NCBI RefSeq assembly: GCF_000007005.1
Contig: NC_002754.1
Source of the DNA: Saccharolobus solfataricus P2
GTDB taxonomy: Archaea; Thermoproteota; Thermoprotei_A; Sulfolobales; Sulfolobaceae
Reading direction: 5' to 3' (one strand)
Length of the DNA stretch: 64,000 bases
Position 1 is the first letter of the stretch, and each line of letters starts with the position of its first letter. This document shows, piece by piece, positions 10,554 through 24,300 of this stretch. The notes under the pieces were generated by a model. It worked only from the letters and a program-made list of their open reading frames with translations, did not search any database and was not told where the DNA came from. Position numbers and translations under genes: made by a program.

Positions 10554-11743
10554 CGGTAGACCCAAAATCGTATTATGAAAAATAATTCTGACAGAATAAT
10601 ATCGATTCATGATAGATAACAGGATTTATATGAGTATTAAGAATTCAGTTGAAGAAAGGTTTAAGGTGAGGGAGATGTGGTATTACCACGTGAGTAAGTG
10701 AGATGGTAACACCGGTACTCCCTCACCAAACATTCAACAAATAGGATATAAATTACTTTCCATGTTGAACTTCCAAGGGGAAAAGGTAGAGAAGGTAGCG
10801 AAAACTCTCATCCCCGCGTGTTTGTGGAACAACTCTGTAGAGAACAAGTCCAGAGCGTATGACGTATCCCCACAGACCGTGAGGAATTACGTAGAGAAAC
10901 AAGGGATGGAAGTGATTGAAAAGCTATTGGAAAGAGCTAGGAAAATATCCTTGAAGGTACTGAAGGGAGTCAAGGAGATAGATCTTTCAATAGACTGGAC
11001 AACCAAGACGTGGTATGGGAAACCAGTGAAAGGGAGCTCTGAAAAAGGAAACTCGTGGAACTACGCAACAACCAAGTATAAGGGGAAAGTACTTTTACTT
11101 GCCTTTATTCCGCAAGTGAACGGTATGACTAAGGACGAGATAGTGAAGGTTCTTGTGGAGCAAGTAATGGCAATGGGATTCAAGATAAGGTTGATAACTC
11201 TTGACGCTGGTTTCTACACAGTTGATGTGCTCAATTTCATTTCACAGTTTAAGTATATAGTTGCTGTGCCTGTTGGGGATGTTAAGGTGTATGAGGAGTT
11301 TGACGGGGATTACAAGACTAATAGTAAGAGGCATAGGAGGGATGAGCAGGTCAAGTTCAGGCTTCTCGTGTACAGCAAGGGAAAAGTGAGGAGAAAGAGT
11401 CTTGTTTATTTTGCTAGGGCTACTAACCTAGACCTATCCAAGAGGGAAGTGTTGGATTTATACAATAAGGTAAGAGGTCCCATAGAGACCTCTTATAGGA
11501 ACATTAAGGCTTTTCTTCCATTTACTGGTTCTACTAAGTTTGTTTTCCGCACGTTGATCTTCGTGCTGGCCCTTGTACTCTATATACCATATTCAAGGGG
11601 GAGGTGGGGAGAGAGGAGTTTAGATTATTATTAATTCTTTTATTTCCTGATTTATTCAATCCAGAGAATTTTACATTTAATCTAGTAGATACACTTATTT
11701 ACACTATAGATTTATTTTTAAGGAGGTGATTTTGGGTCTACCG
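10554..11743 (+). mobile_element. ISH3-family insertion sequence (ISC1200-like), 1190 bp, transposase decayed
   Basis: Perfect 16-bp terminal inverted repeats CGGTAGACCCAAAATC (10554-10569) and GATTTTGGGTCTACCG (11728-11743); TTTA target duplication at 10550-10553 and 11744-11747. Transposase (IDWTTK, LDAGFY, IETSYR) starts at ATG 10703 and is frameshifted near 10730 and 11580; natural stop at 11729. Confidence 0.9.
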
Positions 11744-11771
11744 TTTAGGGCGGGGAGGAAGTCATCTTCTA

Positions 11772-14700
11772 CTTTCAATTCTATAGTAGATTAGCAACAC
11801 ATTGCTCATATAACTACACCATTCACTATTGCCTCCTTTCAATTCTATAGTAGATTAGCACAATGTATGACTATGGATATCAATGGAGCGTCGGCTTAAC
11901 TTTCAATTCTATAGTAGATTAGCCAAATAATCTAGCATTTTCTTCATAAAGTTCATTACATACCTTTCAATTCTATAGTAGATTAGCCTTAAAAGTGTTG
12001 GAGTTTGTGCAGTTAGTTGAATTTCACTCTTTCAATTCTATAGTAGATTAGCGTTATTCCTAATTGTTTTCGGAAATTATTTTGAGAATGAACTTTCAAT
12101 TCTATAGTAGATTAGCGCCGTACTGACTTCTCCCCTGCCAGCGAGGGTTCTCCTCATCTTTCAATTCTATAGTAGATTAGCTTCCCCACCATTATGTACC
12201 ACTATTATGCTTCCATTTATTCTTTCAATTCTATAGTAGATTAGCATGTTCTTTTTCCAGAACTGTAACTATAATTTTGTTGATACTTTCAATTCTATAG
12301 TAGATTAGCTATTTTTGCGTATTTACACGATTTATTTATTTCGCAGAATTCTTTCAATTCTATAGTAGATTAGCAGTGATGGTACTACGACCGTGAAAAT
12401 GAGTTGAAAAAACTTTCAATTCTATAGTAGATTAGCCATCACGCAGAATAATGGTTCAGGTAACTTTTTAAGGCTTTCAATTCTATAGTAGATTAGCTGA
12501 TTATATTCAAGGACAATATGTTGAAACGCCGATTTTATCTTTCAATTCTATAGTAGATTAGCAGATGCTATTGGAGGATTTCACCAGGTTGGGTTATAAT
12601 GTCAAATACTTTCAATTCTATAGTAGATTAGCTCAGAGTTTTTTTATTTTTTCTATTTGAAATTAAGCACGCTTTCAATTCTATAGTAGATTAGCTTGGG
12701 TGTTTTGTTTAGGTTTGAAAAAGATTATCTTATTTTCTCTTTCAATTCTATAGTAGATTAGCCCAACGGCTCTTACGCCCTCCTCGGCATGTACAACGGG
12801 ACGCTTTCAATTCTATAGTAGATTAGCAAGATACCACAACACTTGGAGTTAATGCATTATTGAATATGGATACATCTTTCAATTCTATAGTAGATTAGCG
12901 GAAAGGCTAATGGAGACAAAAAGAAGTCTAAAAAGCAGCTTTCAATTCTATAGTAGATTAGCTTCTTCAGCTTCTTCCCAACGCTATATGTGCTATTAGG
13001 TGTAACCTTTCAATTCTATAGTAGATTAGCCGGCACAGTACTACTATCTGAAAGTGTTGCATCTCCAAATACTTTCAATTCTATAGTAGATTAGCAACAC
13101 GTCCTTTTTCATTTGTAATATCTGAACCTGGAACTTTCAATTCTATAGTAGATTAGCCCTAATATCCTCGGGTACTTATAGAACCCTCCTTCTGGTCCTT
13201 TCAATTCTATAGTAGATTAGCCTGTTAGTAAGCCCCTTGCTACAACTCTATAGAAGTGCGGGTTTTAAACAGCTGTTTGAGAATATAAACATGGGGTAAA
13301 AAAGCTACAACTCTATAGAAGTGCGGGCTTTCAATTCTATAGTAGATTAGCATATTTAAAGTTTTTGCTCAACCAGTTAGGTAACAAGTATTCTCTTTCA
13401 ATTCTATAGTAGATTAGCAAAGCGGTTGTTTTCCAGTTCCAGAAACTGGAATTCTTATCTTTCAATTCTATAGTAGATTAGCGGATTTTTAAATGGAGTG
13501 AATTGATAAAATGATAAAGCCTTTCAATTCTATAGTAGATTAGCTTGGTGGGGCGATGAACGGCAACGATATGTTGGACGTCATCTTTCAATTCTATAGT
13601 AGATTAGCCTGGAAAACAAATTGAAGAAAGTAAAAAAATTGAAATTTTAACTTTCAATTCTATAGTAGATTAGCGATAGAGAAAAGTTTATAAAGGAGAG
13701 TGAAGATATGTATATCTTTCAATTCTATAGTAGATTAGCTCTAACACTTTATGATTTCAAGAACTTTGCAAGAAATAACTTTCAATTCTATAGTAGATTA
13801 GCTTAGCATGCGAAACAAATGAAGAATTCAGAAGAGAGTTAGCTTTCAATTCTATAGTAGATTAGCAAAGAATGAGGAAAGAGGCATTGGAAGGCATTGA
13901 AGAAGGTACTTTCAATTCTATAGTAGATTAGCTGGAGATTTAATTAGATATCATCACTTCGTTCCTTTCTCTCCTTTCAATTCTATAGTAGATTAGCCTG
14001 TTACGCCGGTGCTGGAGGGTAAGTTAGTTGGAGAGCTCTTTCAATTCTATAGTAGATTAGCTTTCCCAGACTTAGTAAAGGACATTTGGAAGGTTCTAAT
14101 CTTTCAATTCTATAGTAGATTAGCATGAAACAGAAAAAGTTAACATTTTAGACCACCAATTAAACTTTCAATTCTATAGTAGATTAGCAAGACCCCGACT
14201 TTTTAAGGTTTACAGATCCCGCAGAAAACTTTCAATTCTATAGTAGATTAGCATGAGGTTCGTCGTGTAGGGATTAATCCCGTGTCTAAAGCTTTCAATT
14301 CTATAGTAGATTAGCTAATTATCAATGGCAAACCGCATATAATTGGATGAGATTACTTTCAATTCTATAGTAGATTAGCTTTACTACACATGTAATAAGT
14401 ATGTTGATTATGGAATAGAATCTTTCAATTCTATAGTAGATTAGCTTGAACACGTGATATAGAACCAGTTGTTCTAATACGTTCTTTCAATTCTATAGTA
14501 GATTAGCAACAATAGCAATAGCTTTGCTTATAGTCGGTGTAATAATCTTTCAATTCTATAGTAGATTAGCTTGTAAAGACTAGGTAAAACTTTGTTATCA
14601 TAATAGCAGTACTTTCAATTCTATAGTAGATTAGCAGGAGGGGCTATACGTACGATCACGAATGTAACATTATCGTGACTTTCAATTCTATAGTAGATTA

Positions 14701-17557
14701 GCAGTATCTGGCTTTTCGACACAAAACTTCCTTTACCAACCTTTCAATTCTATAGTAGATTAGCACGACGATGCTATGTGTTGCACTGTATTTGATCACG
14801 GTTATCTTTCAATTCTATAGTAGATTAGCTACGGTTAAAAGTTGGCAAAAAGCTTAAATTTTTGCATCTTTCAATTCTATAGTAGATTAGCCTTATGAGC
14901 CTCTTTGAGATGTGTCTCTGACTTCTGACTTTCAATTCTATAGTAGATTAGCATAAATAAACTAGGTTTGTATTTATCACCTCCAACAATTCACTTTCAA
15001 TTCTATAGTAGATTAGCAAACGATAAATTAGCACTATATTATAACTATGATTCTACACACTTTCAATTCTATAGTAGATTAGCAACTGTAACTGGTAGCC
15101 TTGGTCAGGTGTTACTGACAGTGTCGATGCTTTCAATTCTATAGTAGATTAGCCAAAATGATATACATATAGTACCATCACCTAGCGCAAGACCTTTCAA
15201 TTCTATAGTAGATTAGCGGATATCCAGCAATTGCAACAGGTGGGTCGGGGATATCATTGCCTTTCAATTCTATAGTAGATTAGCTTTAACTATGACTTTT
15301 CAGAATACAACAATTTCGCCAATTCTTTCAATTCTATAGTAGATTAGCATGTATACAATAGATCATATGTTATATATAGAGAATGTACCAATCTTTCAAT
15401 TCTATAGTAGATTAGCTCTTGTACAAACTCTCATACACGTTCATTGCAAAACAGTTCATCTTTCAATTCTATAGTAGATTAGCTACACTGTTGCTTTCCT
15501 AACGCTCTACATCGCGTTGTCTTTCAATTCTATAGTAGATTAGCTGCAGGAGGGCGAGGAAGAATGATAAAGATGGAGGAAAACTTTCAATTCTATAGTA
15601 GATTAGCTTGTCCCTTCCATGGGCATTTGTCACTTTCACAAAACCTACTTTCAATTCTATAGTAGATTAGCATAAAAAAAGAATTATAACTTATTCATCA
15701 TTCTTTTAATACTTTCAATTCTATAGTAGATTAGCTTATAATCCCCGTGACACAGAAAGAATTTTAAATATCATAATCTTTCAATTCTATAGTAGATTAG
15801 CTAAACTAACAAGTAAAATTATAACTCCTAACGGAATTGCCTTTCAATTCTATAGTAGATTAGCTGACGATTATAACACTGAACATGAGTATGCAGTAAG
15901 TGAAGTCTTTCAATTCTATAGTAGATTAGCAGAATAATCAGTGATGAACAGTGTGAGAAACTTGTCCAAGTTTTCTTTCAATTCTATAGTAGATTAGCAT
16001 GATGTTGAAAATGGACTAAAACTTTTAGATGAAAAACTCTTTCAATTCTATAGTAGATTAGCTGAACGGAACATCTATTTTTACTCCTAACATCATTCAA
16101 TCACTTTCAATTCTATAGTAGATTAGCAAATAATGATAAATAAGGATGAGGTGATAGTACAATGAAATTCTTTCAATTCTATAGTAGATTAGCAGCCCTC
16201 CAAAATCGTAAAACCTTGAATATATGAAGTTAAATTTACTTTCAATTCTATAGTAGATTAGCGTGCTGTAGGCTGTAGGACTGTCGAGGTAGCGTTTGAA
16301 GCTTTCAATTCTATAGTAGATTAGCAGAGTTAATAAACATTTCGAATCCCCACGCTAACGAAAAGCTTTCAATTCTATAGTAGATTAGCACAAATAACGA
16401 AACGAATAAATATAATAAATTATGAATACTTTCAATTCTATAGTAGATTAGCTTGGTGAACCGGTGATAATATTCGTTACGGCGTCCAATACTGTCTTTC
16501 AATTCTATAGTAGATTAGCCCTTACCCTTCAGGAAGCTGCAGAAGATGGTGGAGTACACTTTCAATTCTATAGTAGATTAGCCATCCGTTACGCTGAGCA
16601 TACTAAGATCTGTCCTATTTGCCATACTTTCAATTCTATAGTAGATTAGCTATGGGGGTCAGTGACACTTATTCCACCGTTCAGTATTTCTTTCAATTCT
16701 ATAGTAGATTAGCTGGAATTTTGAATTTTTTGCACCGCTCCAATTATTATTTGGCTTTCAATTCTATAGTAGATTAGCTTGTCTGTCGGTGAAGCAGTAG
16801 TATTTCTAAGAGGCCGTCCCTTTCAATTCTATAGTAGATTAGCTCTACTTCTGTCTTCTTAGCCATTCAGCTCACCTTTGCTTTCAATTCTATAGTAGAT
16901 TAGCGTAAGAATAATTTTACAAAATCTTAGTAATTATATAGTTTATATCTTTCAATTCTATAGTAGATTAGCCCTCGCTTTAACCGAGGTGTCTCGGTGA
17001 CGCTTGCTCCGTCTTTCAATTCTATAGTAGATTAGCAGATTGGTGTATAGTAACAGAAAAGCAGACAACGAAAGGACTTTCAATTCTATAGTAGATTAGC
17101 ATGTTAGTTATCGGCGTTATAATGGGTATCGGAATCGGTGTAGCTTTCAATTCTATAGTAGATTAGCCTATTTTTGTCAATAATTTTTTTATTTTTGCAT
17201 TTTTCGAAATCTTTCAATTCTATAGTAGATTAGCGTAATCTTATTTCTGCGGTAAATTGAGATTATAGATGGTACCTTTCAATTCTATAGTAGATTAGCA
17301 TCATTTATGCACATTTCAACTCCATTTCCAATATGAATCTTTCAATTCTATAGTAGATTAGCCCACGTTTTTTGTCTTAACTTTAATTGATTTATTAGAA
17401 TCTTTCAATTCTATAGTAGATTAGCAAGGTCAATCCATTCTGGGGGCGTTAAACCCGCATCCCTGTCTTTCAATTCTATAGTAGATTAGCGGCAGTGTTA
17501 GAATACTAACGGGCGAAGAAGAATGGGTTTATTCTTTCAATTCTATAGTAGATTAGC
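11772..17557 (-). CRISPR. CRISPR array, 89 repeats / 88 spacers; repeat GCTAATCTACTATAGAATTGAAAG (CTTTCAATTCTATAGTAGATTAGC on +); no leader
   Basis: Counted by eye: 89 invariant 24-bp repeats, spacers 37-48 bp except spacer 23 (106 bp). Orientation from the conserved ATTGAAAG 3' end. The leader side (>17557) runs straight into csa5 coding sequence. Count and repeat agree with my recollection of S. solfataricus locus F. Confidence 0.99.
13239..13327 (+). repeat. Nested 24-bp direct repeat pair GCTACAACTCTATAGAAGTGCGGG flanking a 41-bp spacer-like segment inside spacer 23
   Basis: Identical copies at 13239-13262 and 13304-13327; 15/24 identity to the host repeat but on the opposite strand. Confidence 0.95.
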
Positions 17558-17580
17558 AAGAAGAGAAGGAGGGTATCATA

Positions 17581-17970
17581 GTGAGGGTAGCCAACTTGTT
17601 GGCTGTGGGCTTCCTCTATAGCGAGTCTCCAACACTAGTGGATAGGTTTGCTAATGCCTTATCCAAAGAGGCTGTGACTAAGGTTCTATATGATGTTCAA
17701 AGGATTGTACAGATGGGTATTGATAGGGGTGAGATAGTGAGCACGACAACTATGATTCAAGGAAAGGAATATCCCGCTGTTAACGTGTCTTCAAGTGAGG
17801 GGAAGTACACGGTAGTGGGTTATCTACCGACTAACCAAGATATAGAATATTTTCTTAGGATGATTGAGGAAGATGTGTATTATGCTAGGAAGGCTGGTGC
17901 GTTAGCCATGAGTATAGCAAATAGGACTAAGTTAGTTAGTAAGAGTGAACAAGGTGGTGAAAAGAAATGA
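17581..17970 (+). CDS. csa5: Type I-A small subunit Csa5 (Cas11), probably 5'-truncated
   Basis: [25 protein letters not shown]...[13 protein letters not shown]; first gene of the I-A cassette. The frame is open upstream to a TAG inside the last repeat (17554-17556); GTG 17581 has GGAGGG upstream. Confidence 0.8.
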   Translation: MRVANLLAVGFLYSESPTLVDRFANALSKEAVTKVLYDVQRIVQMGIDRGEIVSTTTMIQGKEYPAVNVSSSEGKYTVVGYLPTNQDIEYFLRMIEEDVYYARKAGALAMSIANRTKLVSKSEQGGEKK

Positions 17971-18932
17971 TAGGCGGTTCAGGTAGATTTTTAGTAAATC
18001 TGGAGTCGCTGAATGGTGTTGAGAGTATAGGGAACTTAACCAAGCACAGAACCGCTCCAGTTGTGTTAAAGACTTCAACCGGTTATTTAGTGAGATATGT
18101 TCCAGTGATTTCCGGAGAAGCCTTAGCTCATGCCTATCAAGCAAGCCTAGTGGATATAGCTAAAAAAGAGGGATTGCCTGTAGGTAATTTATCTTCTCAA
18201 TACGAGTTCATAAAGTTCTCAACCGATGAGGCGTTAAAGATTGAAGGGATAAAGGAACCCAAGGATTATAATGATGCGAGGAGGTTCGAGGTAGAGGTGA
18301 TGCTTAAGGACGTCATTGCTGATGTTGGAGGTTTCATGTACGCTGGAAGTGCTCCGGTGAGAAGAACATCAAGGATAAAGTTAGGTTATATGATACCGGC
18401 TTTAAGGGGAGACGAAATACCTGCACAACTAGAAGCGCAATTTCACGTGAGATTCTCAAATAAGCCTGTTAAAGGTTCTCAAGCTATCTTCAACGTGGAA
18501 GTGTCCTCTGCTCTCTACACGTTTTCGTTTGAACTTGACGAAGATTTGATAGCAGTTCCATCTACTGTGGGGGAAAAGGTTAAAGGCGAAGAGGAGTTAG
18601 AGAGGCAAAAGGCTCGAAGGGTTGACTCTGCAATTAAAGCCCTTTACTCTTTGCTAGCGGGTAATTTCGGAGGGAAGAGGTCTAGGTTCTTACCATCCAT
18701 GAAGTTGATGTCTTTAGTAGTGGTGAAGACTGATTTCCCATTCATACCGGAACCTGGGCATGACGATAGTTACATTAAGACCACTGTTATGAGGTTAGAG
18801 AAGGCTAAAAGTGTGTTGAACGGAAATGTAGCTAAGGTCTATGTGATTAACAATGAGGGTATAGAAGTGGGTGAAGGAGCTACAGTACTGTCAAGTGTTG
18901 AGGATTTGGTAGCTAAATTAAAGGAAAAGTAG
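17967..18932 (+). CDS. cas7: Type I-A backbone subunit Cas7 (Csa2)
   Basis: [53 protein letters not shown] motifs. Confidence 0.95.
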   Translation: MIGGSGRFLVNLESLNGVESIGNLTKHRTAPVVLKTSTGYLVRYVPVISGEALAHAYQASLVDIAKKEGLPVGNLSSQYEFIKFSTDEALKIEGIKEPKDYNDARRFEVEVMLKDVIADVGGFMYAGSAPVRRTSRIKLGYMIPALRGDEIPAQLEAQFHVRFSNKPVKGSQAIFNVEVSSALYTFSFELDEDLIAVPSTVGEKVKGEEELERQKARRVDSAIKALYSLLAGNFGGKRSRFLPSMKLMSLVVVKTDFPFIPEPGHDDSYIKTTVMRLEKAKSVLNGNVAKVYVINNEGIEVGEGATVLSSVEDLVAKLKEK

Positions 18933-18947
18933 TGAGGCAGGGGAGAT

Positions 18948-19653
<706 letters not shown>

Positions 19654-19670
<17 letters not shown>

Positions 19671-21155
19671 TTTCTATAACGATTTCATAACTCGTCATGG
19701 CTTTGAGGAAAGGAAGGGTATTGAAGAGACTTTACTAAATTTGGAAAACGGGCATAGCGTTATACTTAAGGCTCCCACTGGTTACGGTAAAACAACGTTA
19801 ACTATGATTTTAGCTAATGCCGTTAGTAGTGATATTGACCTAGGTAGTAGGGTTATTCACGTATTGCCGTATAGGGCTATTGTGCAAGATTTGTATCTAA
19901 AGCTGAAAAATTACGCTGATAGAGGGGTAATTTACACTAAGAATATTGGTGCCCAAGACATGGATTATCAAGATTCCCCTTTTTTCATGAAGAAAGTTAA
20001 CGTTACGACTCTAGATACCTTCATTCTCAATTTGTTTAAATTACCTACTGTTGATTTTAAGTTAATTTTTAAAAATTACGGTTCTCATTATGAGTTCCCT
20101 AGGGCGTTAATATATAGTAGTATTGTAATATTTGATGAATTTCACTTATTGGGAGAGGATGGTAAGAGTTTAGGAGCTGGACTTGCCGCTTTAGAAGTTT
20201 TGAGGGATGCGGGTGTTCCGATAGTAGTTACTTCAGCTACAATAGATAAGGGGTTGGAGAGGGTTTTGATGAACAAGCTGGGTAAGAATGTAAAGGTAGT
20301 TAACGCGGATGATTTTAAAATTGATAGAAAGATATACGTTAACGTATTGGAGAATGATGAGATTTCCATTACTGAGGAAAAGGTAAAAGAGGGTAAGAGG
20401 GTTCTTTTGGTTTACAATACGAGAATGGGGGCAATTGAAGCCTATAAGAAGTTAAAGGGAAGGGGGTTATCTCCTATTCTAATTCACAGTAAGTTCAGTA
20501 AAAAGGATAGGATAGATAAAGTGAACAAGATAAACGAGGCAAAGCTGGTAGTTTCAACTCAAGTTATAGAGGCCGGTATTGATACTTCTTTTGACGTTTT
20601 AATAACTGAAGCTTCTCCCTCTCATAATCTAATTCAAAGGGCTGGTAGGGTTGCGAGGTATGGGAAGGGAGGAAGAGGGAAATTAGAGGGCGAGGTTTAC
20701 ATTTTCCCGTTTAGTGGAAAGGTTTATGATGAGAGGGAGGTTAAGGAGACTGTGGAAAGGGTAAGGGAACTAAAGACTATTGATGAGAACTTACTCATTG
20801 AAAGGGATTACACAGAGGTGATTGATTCGATTCTGGCTAAGGATCTATCTGTAATAGATAACTCCGTTTTCGTGGACTCTAAAAAGGTGAAGTCGATATA
20901 CGAGAAGATTTGTTCTATTACTAGGAATGCAAGTATCATATTGGGATTTCCGCCAAACAGTAATGACGTTAATGATGCTATACCCTTAACTGAGGAGGAG
21001 GCAATTAAAATAATAGAGAGTAAGGGAAGTTCTGCGTTTGTTGGGAATGGTAATGTTAAATTATATAACAAGAAATGCCTTCAATTGGAAATGTTGAAGA
21101 ATGATATTTTAGGAGTTAGGATTCAAGATTATAATAGTGAAATAGGTGGTGTGTA

Positions 21156-21159
<4 letters not shown>
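19654..21159 (+). CDS. cas3: Cas3' SF2 helicase
   Basis: APTGYGKT, DEFH, SAT, STQVIEAGID, QRAGRVAR. Start moved to in-frame ATG 19654 (MLSLADFY), overlapping the cas5 end. Confidence 0.95.
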
Positions 21160-22892
<1,733 letters not shown>

Positions 22893-22893
<1 letters not shown>

Positions 22894-23762
22894 TGCCATT
22901 AATTTTTAAGATAGGGTATAACGTTATCCCTCTACAAGACGTTATTTTGCCTACTCCATCATCTAAGGTGTTAAAATACTTAATACAGAGTGGAAAATTA
23001 ATCCCTTCGTTAAAGGACTTAATTACATCAAGGGATAAATACAAACCAATTTTTATATCCCATCTCGGTTTCAACCAGAGGAGGATTTTCCAGACTAATG
23101 GAAACTTGAAGACTATAACCAAGGGAAGCAGGCTTTCCTCAATAATAGCCTTTTCTACACAAGCTAACGTTTTGTCTGAAGTTGCAGATGAGGGTATCTT
23201 CGAAACTGTTTATGGCAAATTTCACATAATGATTGAGAGTATAGAAATAGTGGAAGTTGAGAAGCTAAAGGAAGAGGTTGAAAAGCACATGAACGATAAT
23301 ATAAGAGTGAGGTTTGTTTCCCCTACATTGCTTTCGTCTAAGGTTTTACTTCCTCCTTCCCTTTCTGAAAGGTATAAGAAAATCCATGCGGGTTACTCAA
23401 CTTTGCCATCAGTTGGCTTAATTGTTGCTTACGCTTATAATGTATATTGCAATTTGATTGGGAAGAAGGAAGTTGAGGTCAGAGCGTTTAAATTTGGCAT
23501 TCTTTCTAATGCCTTATCTAGAATTATAGGTTATGATTTACATCCAGTTACCGTTGCCATTGGTGAGGATAGTAAGGGAAATTTAAGAAAAGCGAGGGGT
23601 GTTATGGGTTGGATTGAGTTCGACATTCCAGATGAGAGGTTGAAGAGGAGAGCTTTGAATTATTTGTTAACATCTTCTTACTTGGGTATAGGAAGAAGTA
23701 GGGGTATTGGGTTTGGTGAGATAAGATTGGAGTTTAGGAAAATAGAGGAAAAAGAGGGTTAA
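22893..23762 (+). CDS. cas6: crRNA-processing endonuclease Cas6
   Basis: C-terminal G-rich loop YLGIGRSRGIGFG, FVSPTLL, GVMGWIEF. Confidence 0.95.
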
Positions 23763-23973
23763 ATATACTTCCTCAGACTTTAAAGGTTAAGGTCAGCATT
23801 GCTTTGTGGACTAATTCAATTTTCTAAGATGTTAAGCTCATCAATCTTTCTTAAATTCAAAATCAAGCGTTGATTTAAAAGTAAGCTTAACGTTAGCTTT
23901 GATAAAAATTGAAGAAATCCATAAAGTAGGTCAGCATAAGTCTACTCATAAGTTATTAGTTCACACGTTATCA

Positions 23974-24300
23974 TTACCCAATTTTACCTTGCCCTTTAAT
24001 GGTAATTAGAAAACCGTGTATATCATTACATACGTTTTCAATCGCTTCATTCTCTGATGTTGCAGCCTTTGTATCATCTAATGTTGATTCTAGTTTATAT
24101 CCTCTGAGTCCAATTCCAGCTTTACATAATTCATTAGCATGTTTACCACCTAATGTTATATAGACTTCAGCAAGATAGACTGAATGCCAATGCTTTAGTG
24201 AGTTACCAGTTAATACGGGTATGTCATAAACTCTAATTTCAACTACTATTCTAGCAGTTGTGTTAGTATTTCCAAAAAGTTTATAGACTAGTATTTCCAA
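23974..24300 (-). pseudogene. cas7: Internal fragment of a second, divergent Cas7 (Csa2/DevR-type)
   Basis: DIPVLTGNSLKHWH and NDIHGFL match the conserved Cas7 P.[IL][ST]G..L.H and D..GF[LM] motifs (compare [11 protein letters not shown] and DVGGFM in the intact cas7); both termini missing. Confidence 0.7.

Noticed and set aside
12563-16238. Long spacers of 45-48 bp (spacers 13, 17, 51, 68)
   Set aside because: Within the broad spacer length range typical of Sulfolobus arrays; no internal repeat structure, unlike spacer 23.
16311-16649. Two short ORFs (63 and 61 aa) inside the array
   Set aside because: Chance read-through of repeat and spacer units (recurring YYRIES / FQFYSRLA); not genes.
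13419-17012. Small hairpins in spacers 25 (TTCCAGTT/AACTGGAA) and 80 (ACCGAG/CTCGGT)
   Set aside because: Short inverted repeats are expected by chance among 88 spacers or simply reflect protospacer sequence.
11796-17533. Possible self-targeting or duplicated spacers
   Set aside because: None noticed by eye, but an exhaustive match needs BLAST; no claim is made.
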